NCBI GenBank assembly: GCA_903859365.1
Contig: CAIOMD010000002.1
Span: forward strand, 17,931 to 81,930
Source of the DNA: an uncultured Candidatus Saccharibacteria bacterium
Lineage (GTDB): Bacteria; Patescibacteriota; Saccharimonadia; Saccharimonadales; CAIOMD01
DNA length: 64,000 bases
Reading direction: 5' to 3'
Shown here: positions 35,707-45,511 of the stretch, piece after piece
Position numbering within the stretch: the first letter of the stretch is position 1
Layout of the letters: the number at the start of each line of letters is the position of its first letter
Position numbers and translations under genes: made by a program
Notes under the pieces: model-generated
The model's database searches: none
The model's input: the letters and a program-made list of their open reading frames with translations, nothing else
Told to the model about the DNA's origin: nothing

Positions 35707-37014
35707 TTATGGAGCAAGCCTGTTAATATCTCGCGGAAAGAGGGATGCTTCTTTAACGTTATTGAGTCCAATTATCTTCTGCACAAGTCGTTCGAGCCCC
35801 ATACCGAAACCTCCATGGGGTGGTAAGCCATATTTGAATGCCATAAGGTAATACTTGAAGCCTGGGTGTTCGAGATCTGCTCCAATTTTCTGCAATTGTT
35901 CGACAAGCGCATCATATCTATTTTCGCGCATACTTCCTGTAGCAATCTCCACTCCACGGAACAAAAGATCAAATCGATCGGCAATTTCAGGATTATTTTC
36001 ATCCAGCTTATGATAGAACTTTGCTTCACTGGCTGGCCATTCAGTAATAAAGACTGCCTCGGATCCGAGTTGTTTTTTGGCCCATTCGCACACCCACTTC
36101 TCTTCTTCGGGCCGTAAATCTTTTTCTCCAATAGTTGAGGTGCCCGTTGCTTTGGTGTAGTGTTCATGCACTTCATTAAGTGTAATTTTAGGAAATTCTT
36201 TTGTTAGAACCGGTTTTGAGGCGTTCCATCTTTTAAGCTCAGTGTCATACTTATCCCACGAAGCATCAACAGCAGCATGCACCATTCTACTCATAATACC
36301 CATGAGTTCATTGAGATTGACGAACCCCGCTTCGGCATCTATATGGATAAACTCTGTCATGTGCCGTGTTGTGGCGCTAAGCTCAGCACGATAGGTTGGA
36401 TTTATCTCAAAGCTTCTTTCAAAAACTCCTACCATTATCTGCTTATAGAATTGTGCGCTTTGAGCAAGTGTTGCTTCTTTTCCGAAATAGTCGAGCTTAA
36501 ACACTTCAGCTCCCCCCTCAGTCGCACCCGGTAAAAGTTTAGGGCTATTAAATTCAATAAAATCCTCACTCTGAAGTTGTTTACGAATTGTATCTTTTAC
36601 AAGTGCTTGAATCTTAAAAATAGCTGTTTCCTGTATATTGCGAAGCGATATAGGGCGATATTCAAACAGTGTATCGAGATTATCTGGCTTATGGTCAATG
36701 GGTTTATCTATTTCAATTGGAGGCGCATCAACAACAGGAACCATAACTTCCAGTGTTGCATCATGAAGCTCTGCTCCACCGGGAGCGCGTTCATCCTTAT
36801 ACACAACTCCCGTAATAGAAACTACTGTTCCTATTTGCAGTCCACGAAGTTTTTCTACCTCATCCTTGTCTTCAACAAGCACCTGAACAATGCCTCGTCT
36901 ATCGCGAACAGTAATGAAGTTCAACCCACCAAGTAATCTTTTTTTATGTATCCAGCCTTGAATTGTAATCTTTTTGCCGTCATGGTGTACGACATCATCA
37001 GTAAGTATTCTCAT
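35707..37014 (-). CDS. aspS: aspartate--tRNA ligase, archaeal/type-2 form
   Basis: 435 aa. N-terminal OB fold, LAQSAQFYKQ (QSPQ.YKQ-type AspRS motif), class II motif 2 FRGVEIATG and motif 3 GFGMGLERL. Confidence 0.85.
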   Translation of the reverse strand: MRILTDDVVHHDGKKITIQGWIHKKRLLGGLNFITVRDRRGIVQVLVEDKDEVEKLRGLQIGTVVSITGVVYKDERAPGGAELHDATLEVMVPVVDAPPIEIDKPIDHKPDNLDTLFEYRPISLRNIQETAIFKIQALVKDTIRKQLQSEDFIEFNSPKLLPGATEGGAEVFKLDYFGKEATLAQSAQFYKQIMVGVFERSFEINPTYRAELSATTRHMTEFIHIDAEAGFVNLNELMGIMSRMVHAAVDASWDKYDTELKRWNASKPVLTKEFPKITLNEVHEHYTKATGTSTIGEKDLRPEEEKWVCEWAKKQLGSEAVFITEWPASEAKFYHKLDENNPEIADRFDLLFRGVEIATGSMRENRYDALVEQLQKIGADLEHPGFKYYLMAFKYGLPPHGGFGMGLERLVQKIIGLNNVKEASLFPRDINRLAP

Positions 37015-37048
37015 ATCTACAGCATTATAACAGATAGAAGCTACCTAT

Positions 37049-38056
37049 TTATACAAGTTCTTTATGATGTTCTTGTTTTTTTATTTTTGCGAGCTGTTTG
37101 GCGACTTCTCGTAAATCTTCATGCTGATCAAATTCATCCATAATTGGTTCTCCGAGGATCTCACGTATTACATCCTCAAATGAAAGTACACCAACAATAT
37201 CTTCGAACTCATTTACCACAACAAACATGTGATGTTTAATCTTTAAAAATGCCTTAAGTGCGTGGCCAAGAGTCTGCATTTCATTACAATAAAAAACGTC
37301 ATGTCGCATTACATCGGCTACAGGCTTTGGTTTTTTAAGTGCAAGTGCATCTTTCAAATAGAGTGTTCCAACCACTGATTGATTTGTTCCTTTATACACT
37401 GGGTAGCGCGAAAAACCACTGTCATGCAACTCGCCCAGAGTGACGGGACTTAGTAGCTCATCTTGACTCACAAAATGTACCGCCGCAAGTGGTGTCATAC
37501 AGTCACCTACCAGTCGTTCGCTAAACATGAGTGCATTGATAGCGATAGTTAGTTCTTCTGGCTTAATTTCTTTTGAATTCTCAGCATTGAGCCTAAGCAT
37601 TTCAATGAGAGAATCTCTACTTTCAAAAATAACGGGTTTTTCAATTACAATGTTTTTGCCCACAAAACTTGCAATAGACCGAAATACCGGATGCAAAATT
37701 ATTAATATCCTCTCAGTTGCGACGCTTACTTGCGCCGCCCTATGAAGATCTTTTTTAGGCTTCTTTGAGCAAAAAACACAAAAAAGGAGTACCCCTAAAA
37801 TAAAGGCTAACAATCCACCAAAAATATAGTACAGTTCAAGGAAAGCAAGCACTAAAAATGCACCAGTGAAAATTCGCAGCAGAAACCACAATTCAAGCCC
37901 ATACGTTCTTACTGGGTAGACTCGTGCTGCATCTGAAGTAACATCTTTAGCTCGACGCTTCAGCTCCTCTATACTCATGTATTCAAAACTTGTTAGAAGC
38001 GATAAACCGTAGAAACTAACAATTAAAAATAAAATGAATAATATAAAATGGACCAT
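37049..38056 (-). CDS. CBS-pair membrane protein (CNNM/HlyC-CorC-like, DUF21 type)
   Basis: 335 aa. N-terminal TM helices followed by two CBS motifs (VGDCMTP..., DIVGVLSFEDV). Confidence 0.75.
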   Translation of the reverse strand: MVHFILFILFLIVSFYGLSLLTSFEYMSIEELKRRAKDVTSDAARVYPVRTYGLELWFLLRIFTGAFLVLAFLELYYIFGGLLAFILGVLLFCVFCSKKPKKDLHRAAQVSVATERILIILHPVFRSIASFVGKNIVIEKPVIFESRDSLIEMLRLNAENSKEIKPEELTIAINALMFSERLVGDCMTPLAAVHFVSQDELLSPVTLGELHDSGFSRYPVYKGTNQSVVGTLYLKDALALKKPKPVADVMRHDVFYCNEMQTLGHALKAFLKIKHHMFVVVNEFEDIVGVLSFEDVIREILGEPIMDEFDQHEDLREVAKQLAKIKKQEHHKELV

Positions 38057-38152
38057 AGCTTTATATGTAGTCTAATCTTGATAATCCCAAAAAGCTAGAC
38101 CGTTTTTTACACCAAAACTGCTACAATGTTAGAATAATTAAATTGGAGTTAT

Positions 38153-38791
38153 ATGGATAAGCGATTCTTAACAATATTAGTAGTTGTAGTCATAGCCCTT
38201 GGGGGAATCTTCTATTTCGGCAAAAGTAGTAATAAGAATACTGCTGATTCAGGGAATGGTACTCCAAGTAATCACACCGAAGGAACGAGTCCTAAAAATG
38301 TTAACCTCACTGTTTTTGGTGATTTCGAATGTCCCGTTTGTGGCTCCTATTTTCCAATTGAACAGCAACTCTTGGCTAAATTTCAGGGCCAAATCACCTT
38401 CACCTTTCATAATTTTCCTCTCGTAAGCATTCACCCCAATGCATTTGCCGCAAGTAGAGCGGCAGAAGCCGCGAGTTTGCAGGGTCAGTTCTTTAAGATG
38501 CATGATCTGCTTTATCAAAATCAAAATACGTGGGGCAGTGCTTCTGATCCAACTCCCTATTTTCAGGAATACGCAGCGCAGCTAGGGCTTAACGTCGCTA
38601 AATTTAAGACCGATTTCCAGAGCACTACAGTAAACGACACAATAAACGCTGATGTTGCGCTTGGTAATACAAAAGGCATCACTGGAACGCCTACTTATTT
38701 TCTCAATGGCCAAAAACTCGATAATACCAACCTCAATTCTGTCACAAAATTTGAAGCAGTTATCCAGACTGCGCTAGATAAAGCTAAATAA
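38153..38791 (+). CDS. DsbA-family thiol:disulfide oxidoreductase, membrane-anchored
   Basis: N-terminal TM and thioredoxin-fold active site FGDFECPVCGSY (CxxC). Confidence 0.85.
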   Translation: MDKRFLTILVVVVIALGGIFYFGKSSNKNTADSGNGTPSNHTEGTSPKNVNLTVFGDFECPVCGSYFPIEQQLLAKFQGQITFTFHNFPLVSIHPNAFAASRAAEAASLQGQFFKMHDLLYQNQNTWGSASDPTPYFQEYAAQLGLNVAKFKTDFQSTTVNDTINADVALGNTKGITGTPTYFLNGQKLDNTNLNSVTKFEAVIQTALDKAK

Positions 38792-38795
38792 TACT

Positions 38796-38888
38796 CTAAT
38801 ATTCGATATAAATCTGCCAGGAAGGGCGGGTTTGTCTAATAGATATTTTTTGAGCGCGTGAACGCACAACTTTAATCTTTATTGGCAT
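38796..38888 (-). CDS. candidate small basic protein (30 aa)
   Basis: Own translation MPIKIKVVRSRAQKISIRQTRPSWQIYIEY. GGAGG lies 9 nt upstream of the ATG. Convergent with dsbA. Confidence 0.3.
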   Translation of the reverse strand: MPIKIKVVRSRAQKISIRQTRPSWQIYIEY

Positions 38889-39068
38889 TTTTTCTATCCT
38901 CCTGTAAAAACCTTAGTTTTGGGTTTTTACTTTGATCTTATTTTTGTCTCACAAGCAAAAGCTTTTTAAACGACAATTGAGATAGTACCAACACGTTGAC
39001 ACATCGTCAAGCTTTTGTTAGTCACTCACTTGCTGTATGATAAAAACAGTAAAAACATAAGAACAAAA

Positions 39069-40745
39069 ATGGATTCAAATATATTCTCACAACTCAGCAT
39101 TATTATCGCAATATGCGCTGGCATATCGTTAGTAATGCGTTTCGTTCGTCAGCCACTTATCATTGGCTATATCTTAACTGGAATTTTAGTTGGACCTTCA
39201 TTTTTGAATCTCATTAAAAATGAAAGCACCATTAATGTTTTTGCAAATATTGGTATCGCGCTGCTGCTCTTTATTATTGGGCTCGGTTTGAACCCAAGGA
39301 TTATTAAAGAAGTCGGTAAAGTCGTTCTTATTACTGCTGGCGTCCAAACCCTCGTCGTCACCTTGATGGGGTATTTGTTTTCGATTGCATTTGGTTGGTC
39401 GAAAACAGAGGGACTTTTCGTAGGATTAGCTCTTGCATTTAGCAGCACCATTATCATCTTGAAACTTCTTAGTGATAGAAAAGAAAACGCTCGCCTGCAC
39501 GGAAAAATTGCTATTGGAATTCTTATAATGCAAGATATGGTTGCCGCCATCGCGCTCGTCTTTGTGGCTGCTCGAGCACAAGGTGCATTTTCTTTTAGTA
39601 CGCTTGTTCAGTTAGGTATAAAAGGGCTCTGCTTGGTTGTGCCGCTTTATCTAGCTAGCGTCTACCTACTTCCAAGACTGACAAAAATAATGGCTGCGAA
39701 CCAGGAGTTACTTTTTCTTTTTGCTATAGGTTGGGGATTTGGTACTGCCTCATTATTTGAACATTTTGGATTCACCCTTGAAGTTGGCGCTCTTTTTGCG
39801 GGAATTGCCTTGTCCAGCCTGGCCTACTCGCAAGAAATCGCTTCAAGGCTGAGACCCCTTAGAGACTTTTTCGTGGTGGTATTTTTTATAGCCCTTGGTA
39901 CAAGAATGAGCTTCACGAATGGCATGAATCTTATAGTCCCCACAATAATCTTTTTAATTATAGTAGTCGCTATAAAACCTCTTTCCGTTCTTATATCTAT
40001 GGGTATTCTTGGCTACACTAAAAATACAAGTTTCAGAACCGCCTCGACACTTGGTCAAATAAGTGAGTTTTCATTGGTATTTATTTTACTCGGCGTGCAA
40101 CAGGGTCTTGTCCGAACGGATATCTCTAACATTATGACACTTGTGGCGCTTATCACGATCGCATCTTCATCATATGCAATATCGTTTAGCTCACAAATTT
40201 ATGCACGCTTCGAAAAAAGTCTTGCTATGTTTGAAAGAAAGAAAACACTACAAGAAAAAGTTAAGACAGACAGATTTGATATGGTCTTGTTTGGGTATAA
40301 CCGCGGTGGCCAAGAATTCATTCGTGTTATGGGTCAGCTCAAGAAACGGTTTGTAGTTGTAGATTATGATCCCGAGGTCATCGATACCTTGGAGCGAAAG
40401 AATATTAACTTCCTCTACGGCGATGCGACTGACATGGAAATGCTTACAGAAATAAATATGGAGAAAGTAAGGATGGTTGTTTCGACAATAGGCGATAATG
40501 AAATCAATCTATTTCTGCTCCGATGGCTTGAAAAGAATAATCCGTTAGCTGTTTTTGTTTGTGCTGCAGATACCGCCGAACAGGCTTCAAAACTATACGA
40601 AGAAGGTGCTTCATACGTCATGATGCCGCACTATATTGGTAGCGAAAAAATAAGTTCCTTTATTAAGAAAAATGGATTCAATAAATTTGAATTTAGAAAA
40701 TTTAAAGAAAAACATCTTTTGTATCTAGAGAATCATTTCGACTAG
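39069..40745 (+). CDS. cation:proton antiporter (CPA2/Kef-type) with C-terminal RCK/TrkA-N domain
   Basis: About 12 TM helices, then a Rossmann-like MVLFGYNRGGQEF...DATD RCK domain. I prefer the ATG at 39069 (MDSNIF...) over the track start at 39015. Confidence 0.85.
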   Translation: MDSNIFSQLSIIIAICAGISLVMRFVRQPLIIGYILTGILVGPSFLNLIKNESTINVFANIGIALLLFIIGLGLNPRIIKEVGKVVLITAGVQTLVVTLMGYLFSIAFGWSKTEGLFVGLALAFSSTIIILKLLSDRKENARLHGKIAIGILIMQDMVAAIALVFVAARAQGAFSFSTLVQLGIKGLCLVVPLYLASVYLLPRLTKIMAANQELLFLFAIGWGFGTASLFEHFGFTLEVGALFAGIALSSLAYSQEIASRLRPLRDFFVVVFFIALGTRMSFTNGMNLIVPTIIFLIIVVAIKPLSVLISMGILGYTKNTSFRTASTLGQISEFSLVFILLGVQQGLVRTDISNIMTLVALITIASSSYAISFSSQIYARFEKSLAMFERKKTLQEKVKTDRFDMVLFGYNRGGQEFIRVMGQLKKRFVVVDYDPEVIDTLERKNINFLYGDATDMEMLTEINMEKVRMVVSTIGDNEINLFLLRWLEKNNPLAVFVCAADTAEQASKLYEEGASYVMMPHYIGSEKISSFIKKNGFNKFEFRKFKEKHLLYLENHFD

Positions 40746-40753
40746 TAATACCG

Positions 40754-42016
40754 TCAATACAAACTCATAAATATTTCTAAAACGAAGTCTGCGAAAGATT
40801 TATTCATTTTTTTATCTTTAGATTGATCAATTCTTTTGCCACTACTATTAACTTTCGCTCCGCATTTCTTATTTAAACATTCTATTGTTCTTTGGGCTGC
40901 ACTAAATCGAGCTGTTACCGTTTTTTTACAGAAAGGACATGAAACGCATGAACGAATACCCTGTCCAAATAACTCTTGTTGCATTTGCGCTTGATTCATC
41001 CTATTCACCGGTACGACGTTCATGCCGCAAGAGACAAATACCTCTCTTCGGCTTAGCATCTCTTTGCCCGCCTGTTCCATAACTGTGCCTGGTGCTGTTC
41101 CATTAAGGTACTGATGGTGTTCTGCGTCATTTCTCAAGCGAATTGCAGACCAGAAATTGTAGCGTAGCGTATTGAGCGCTTCTTTTAGCTCGTTGCCCCC
41201 TAGACTAGAGTTACTAAGCTTTTCAATTTCCGAAAAATAATGCTGAGATAACTCTTTTTGGTTTTGCAAAAAATCCCATACATTTTCCATAGAATCATTA
41301 TCTTTTATCGGTGCATACCGATTTTCAATTTTATCTAAAACGTTGTGGGCAGGCTCAGCGTAATAGAGCTGACGAGCCAATGCTTCATCGCTGCTTTTAA
41401 TGCTCCCCTCGAAGCAAGTATCATTCCAGCGTCGCAAATCAGAGTTCTCAACAACACGACTGTGCATTCGAATACCAACATCGGTTTTTTCAATAGCTCG
41501 CAAAAGAGCTGCACTACGCTTTGGATGGTACCCAATAGACTGCATAAATGCATCACCGTATTTCTGGGCTGCTTCTTCAGGATAAGGTGAAATGGTTAGT
41601 ATTGTTTGAGCGTCAATCTCTCCATTCGCCAGCCGCTGTGCGAGTACCGCTTCGGCTTGTTCATGACAGGCCCTTTCATATGCAAATGTGTAGCGCTCAT
41701 CGTGCTGCGATTTGTTATAAAAATAATCAACGCCTTTTTGTGCAATATCCATGAACGATTCGCCATCAGCGGCACGCAGTGAGTTGCCTGAGTATATGAA
41801 ATCAAACGAAGTGGTAACGTCTCCCCTCAGTCCCTCCGCTACAAGGCTCATCTCTTCGTCTATCACGCGTTGCCACACTTCAGGACTAATTGAACCATTT
41901 TTCCCTTTGTCATGCCGTAGGCGCTCAACACTTGCTAGTGCTGGATCTGCAAAAGTTTGTACGCGCTCCATAGTTCGTTGCATTAAAAAAGACTCCCTCG
42001 AGAAAGAGTCTATCAA
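40754..42016 (-). CDS. hypothetical protein with C-terminal zinc-ribbon
   Basis: 420 aa. C-terminus CVSCPFCKKTVTARFSAAQRTIECLNKKCGAKV (CxxC...CxxxC). The rest is unassignable. Confidence 0.6.
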   Translation of the reverse strand: MIDSFSRESFLMQRTMERVQTFADPALASVERLRHDKGKNGSISPEVWQRVIDEEMSLVAEGLRGDVTTSFDFIYSGNSLRAADGESFMDIAQKGVDYFYNKSQHDERYTFAYERACHEQAEAVLAQRLANGEIDAQTILTISPYPEEAAQKYGDAFMQSIGYHPKRSAALLRAIEKTDVGIRMHSRVVENSDLRRWNDTCFEGSIKSSDEALARQLYYAEPAHNVLDKIENRYAPIKDNDSMENVWDFLQNQKELSQHYFSEIEKLSNSSLGGNELKEALNTLRYNFWSAIRLRNDAEHHQYLNGTAPGTVMEQAGKEMLSRREVFVSCGMNVVPVNRMNQAQMQQELFGQGIRSCVSCPFCKKTVTARFSAAQRTIECLNKKCGAKVNSSGKRIDQSKDKKMNKSFADFVLEIFMSLY

Positions 42017-42050
42017 CTACAAAAAAGTAAGAGAAAGATCTTGCCCGAGA

Positions 42051-42146
42051 TCATTTACCACACTTATCGTGCGATGTATCTGACTTTTCAAATATATTGA
42101 ATTCACAGTTGCGGCACAGCTCACGATTCTCACGTGATTCCATCAT
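42051..42146 (-). CDS. possible 31-aa zinc-finger-like peptide
   Basis: Own translation MMESRENRELCRNCEFNIFEKSDTSHDKCGK (CxxC...HxxC). No SD, so speculative. Confidence 0.2.
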   Translation of the reverse strand: MMESRENRELCRNCEFNIFEKSDTSHDKCGK

Positions 42147-42191
42147 TACAAAATAAGCACAAATTATTAATACCTTTAGTATACGCCTTTT

Positions 42192-42875
42192 TTAAAGAGG
42201 TTGAAATGATTTAAGTATTGGCCCAAAAAGAGTGTAGTTTGATGCCGCATTTTGATCAATATAAACAAACATATAGGTGTGCTTGCCTGACTTTATTCCC
42301 TGAAGTGGTATCCCAATACCACTTGTTACGGTCGCGGCAGCAACGTAGTTACGTGGCTGATTGACCGAGCAATTAAATGAAATTCCCTGCCATTTTGCTA
42401 CCCATAAGCCAGACGCAGATGCATTCACTGGTATGCCACCAAATGTCGAGCAATCGTCAGACACATTATCTGATGGAAGCAACTTATTATTCTCTACCTG
42501 CACTGGAAGTATTCTATTTACAGAAAAATTTGTAGGGTAATTGTCTACATAAATCTCAAGCAAACGATTGCTCTCTTTTGGATTCTTATCTTGATATTCG
42601 TAATACGTTTGGTCGGCAGCAGGGTTCATTTTTCCGACAAATACCCACGTACTCAGTAGAGATACTGAAAAACTCTCAGTAGAGAAAGAATGAGTGGCTT
42701 CCTCTACCGTTGCAACTTCCCCATTTGCCTGGGTGAAATTACTGATAGTTGTTTTATTATTTTTAAGCACCAGATACCAGATACCTCCGACAATCAGTGC
42801 AATCAGAGGAATAACAACAAAAACTACGGCTACAATTTTATACCCATGACGTCGTCGTTTATTTATTTTATACAT
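42192..42875 (-). CDS. hypothetical membrane-anchored extracellular protein
   Basis: 227 aa. Basic N-terminus plus one TM (IVAVVFVVIPLIALIVGGIWYLV). Confidence 0.6.
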   Translation of the reverse strand: MYKINKRRRHGYKIVAVVFVVIPLIALIVGGIWYLVLKNNKTTISNFTQANGEVATVEEATHSFSTESFSVSLLSTWVFVGKMNPAADQTYYEYQDKNPKESNRLLEIYVDNYPTNFSVNRILPVQVENNKLLPSDNVSDDCSTFGGIPVNASASGLWVAKWQGISFNCSVNQPRNYVAAATVTSGIGIPLQGIKSGKHTYMFVYIDQNAASNYTLFGPILKSFQPL

Positions 42876-42925
42876 ATGATATATCCGCTAGTGCTTATTA
42901 TAGAGCAATCAACTGATTTATGTGA

Positions 42926-43633
42926 CTAGTCGTACATTTTCTCTAGTTTTTCAATCACCTTTTCTTCGGCAACTTGCAAATAAAGCTCAACACAGTTTTG
43001 CAAACCGCGATCAAAACCCCGCAAATGTGCCTCTATGAGCGGCTGTCCATCTTGACCAGAATAATTATGGGTAAGCATGCCCGTTATATTACTTTTTTCT
43101 TGTGTAATCATTTCTTCAAGTACGAGTGATTCATTCACGTAATCCCATGCATCAAGATATGCAATATCTGCGCTTGTTTCAGCATATTCACCATGGGCAG
43201 GATAATCAACAATAGCGTCACCACTTACTACACTATAGATCCGGTCTACCTCTTTTCGGCCAAGAAGAGGTATATCGCCTCGCTCGGGCCCCTCCCTCAA
43301 GAAATCCTTGATGCTAGCATAGTTACCTCGGATATAGCGAAATGCGGATATCGTTCCAATAATGAATGAATAGCCCGCTTCAATTCCAGCAGTACATTCT
43401 CGTGCCGTATCAACAGATTGCATTCGCGCATCAATAGACGTCATCCATTGATCAATATCACGCTGAATAGCCATGCTCAAATATTTTCCTCTTTGTAGGA
43501 TTGCAAAAGCAAGTAAATCTGTTCCGAGCGCCTCACCCGGCCGATCAAAGTTATGTTCAATTTGAATTAGCAGCGCTTCCTCAGTATCAGGTATCGGGAG
43601 CCCACAAAAACTCTCTTTTATTTTCTCTGCCAT
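42926..43633 (-). CDS. hypothetical protein
   Basis: 235-aa acidic ORF with no recognisable motif. Confidence 0.55.
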   Translation of the reverse strand: MAEKIKESFCGLPIPDTEEALLIQIEHNFDRPGEALGTDLLAFAILQRGKYLSMAIQRDIDQWMTSIDARMQSVDTARECTAGIEAGYSFIIGTISAFRYIRGNYASIKDFLREGPERGDIPLLGRKEVDRIYSVVSGDAIVDYPAHGEYAETSADIAYLDAWDYVNESLVLEEMITQEKSNITGMLTHNYSGQDGQPLIEAHLRGFDRGLQNCVELYLQVAEEKVIEKLEKMYD

Positions 43634-43679
43634 TACTGTTATTTATAGCACGTACGTATTTATATAAACAAAAGCATGT

Positions 43680-44087
43680 CTAATCTTGTTGTTTTGCGAC
43701 GAAAAAAGTCTTGAGCGCATAGTGTGCGATAAAGAATGAAAAAATAGCTATTGGAAGCTCGATAACTACTGCATAAAAAATTGCTTTATGCGATTCCACT
43801 CCCGGTCGAGACATTAAGATATCAAACCAGGCATCGGTAATCAAAAGGCTTCCGAGTGCACTCGATGACAGGATTATGTATCTACTTTGCCTCACTGCAA
43901 AAAAACCTGTTAAAAGCATTGTAGATCCCATTAAAACATCAAATCCTACCCAAGCTAGATCCCAGTGTCTAACGATATGCCGTGTTGGTAAATTATAGGC
44001 AAGGCCTATGGTCCAAACAGCAAGTGCTATTGCACCGATTCCATACAGTGAGCCCATTATTTTTGGTAAATGCTTTGATTTAGCCAT
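43680..44087 (-). CDS. hypothetical 4-TM membrane protein
   Basis: 135 aa with four hydrophobic helices. Confidence 0.6.
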   Translation of the reverse strand: MAKSKHLPKIMGSLYGIGAIALAVWTIGLAYNLPTRHIVRHWDLAWVGFDVLMGSTMLLTGFFAVRQSRYIILSSSALGSLLITDAWFDILMSRPGVESHKAIFYAVVIELPIAIFSFFIAHYALKTFFVAKQQD

Positions 44088-44132
44088 AACGCTATAGTGC
44101 CCATTAAAGCTGAATTAAACCTTAAGAATATA

Positions 44133-44357
44133 TTACTTTTCTTCAAACGTTTCGATCGTAAATCTAGCTAACCGCTGAATTATTTCAGCTTGGCCCATAA
44201 GATCAGCTGTACGAAGCTTTTTCTCAAAGCCATCTTCAGATAATTCATTTATAGCTTGATACCCTTGGATTGCTACAAATTGTTCAGCTAGAAATTCAGC
44301 TACGAATTTAAGAGTTGCATTATCTTGTTTCCGAGCACGAAAATTTTCAAATATCAC
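44133..44357 (-). CDS. hypothetical protein (74 aa)
   Basis: ORF 12 nt downstream of the 136-aa ORF. Predicted helical, acidic. Confidence 0.45.
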   Translation of the reverse strand: MIFENFRARKQDNATLKFVAEFLAEQFVAIQGYQAINELSEDGFEKKLRTADLMGQAEIIQRLARFTIETFEEK

Positions 44358-44369
44358 GGTAAGTGCTTG

Positions 44370-44780
44370 CTATTCTTTTACAGCTATCTTGCCTAGAACG
44401 TAGGCCGTTTCTTGTGGGCTCAAGGGTTCACCTTTAGCTAATTTAGCTTCTGCACTTTTTTGAATAGATTCTTGGGTCAAATCATTTATGCCAAGCACGA
44501 GTCCTGTTTTACCGTTAAATATAGTTACTACTTCCAGTGCCAATGTATGTCGGGCAACGACTTCCGGAAAAGTGTTAACAGGATCATCGCCTCTCCCATA
44601 AATAGATGCAAAGTGAGTGTTGGTATCCGCTAAAATTTCTAAGGGAGGCTTCGTTGCCACAATTCTATCAAAGCCTGAAACATCAAGTTTAGTTGCAGTT
44701 TTAATAGCAAGATTTGCTACTTTCTTCTGTCGTTCCTCTGGTGAAATACGCGGCCCGCGCTGTCGTTCATTCTTATTCAT
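44370..44780 (-). CDS. hypothetical protein (136 aa)
   Basis: ORF with a basic N-terminus. No recognisable motif. Confidence 0.5.
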   Translation of the reverse strand: MNKNERQRGPRISPEERQKKVANLAIKTATKLDVSGFDRIVATKPPLEILADTNTHFASIYGRGDDPVNTFPEVVARHTLALEVVTIFNGKTGLVLGINDLTQESIQKSAEAKLAKGEPLSPQETAYVLGKIAVKE

Positions 44781-44874
44781 ATAAATATTTTAACATAATT
44801 AAGTATTATTCGCAATAAAGGTGAAAGCCCCTTGGTCACGTGCATTACCACAAGACACAAGGGGCTATCGCTCC

Positions 44875-45441
44875 TCAACGATGCCTCAAGAGACGAGGAA
44901 GAAACAAGCCTGTTTCTTCTCTATATGTCGCAAATTTTCTGCCGAAACGATTTGAAAGCAATTGCTCTTCTTCGGGAACACGAACCATAAAGGAAAGTGT
45001 AAAAAAGAAACAAGCAAAAGCCATCCATCGGTTCATGGAGAAAAGCGAAATACCAATTTGAGAAATCGCGATGCCTACGTACATAGGATGACGAATGTAC
45101 CGATACGGTCCATGCGTAATCAAACTATGATAGCTACGAAGGCCAACAGTGCCCATCCAATTAGCCCCTAATGCTTTTTGTGCTTGGATACTAAGGATGA
45201 AGCCCCCAATCAGCAAAAAAAGTCCGATGGAACGAATTAATGCATAGTTAAGGCTATGTTGGTTGCGGAGCCCTAGTTCGGCATAACACAAGAAACCGAG
45301 TGAGATAATTATAAACATCCCTCTCAGTTTTGGATCATCTCCTTTTACAAGTGTTACGTTCGTCCTCTTGCTTACGGTTCCCTGTAAAATATAAAACAGG
45401 AAAATATAGACAAAGAACAAACTGATGGCAGCTATTCCCAT
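44875..45441 (-). CDS. ICMT/PEMT-family membrane methyltransferase
   Basis: 188 aa, polytopic. GPYRYIRHPMYVG is the isoprenylcysteine carboxyl methyltransferase family motif. Confidence 0.8.
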   Translation of the reverse strand: MGIAAISLFFVYIFLFYILQGTVSKRTNVTLVKGDDPKLRGMFIIISLGFLCYAELGLRNQHSLNYALIRSIGLFLLIGGFILSIQAQKALGANWMGTVGLRSYHSLITHGPYRYIRHPMYVGIAISQIGISLFSMNRWMAFACFFFTLSFMVRVPEEEQLLSNRFGRKFATYREETGLFLPRLLRHR

Positions 45442-45511
45442 TTCACTTCCTCTCTTGAGTTGTCAAAGTGCGAATTTAATTACATCACTTTAATTTTTAA
45501 AAGTCAAAAAA

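Noticed and set aside
35772-36176. 134-aa same-strand alternative-frame ORF inside aspS, plus several antisense ORFs at 35866-36936
   Set aside because: They are embedded in a well-supported aminoacyl-tRNA synthetase gene, and their composition is typical of off-frame translation.
38792-39068. Possible riboswitch (e.g. c-di-AMP/ydaO type) in the 277-nt region upstream of the Kef-type K+ transporter
   Set aside because: I could not find the conserved ydaO pseudo-two-fold motifs or any convincing mutually exclusive terminator/antiterminator. Only a weak promoter-like TTGACA and a small antisense ORF are visible. An Rfam scan would be needed.
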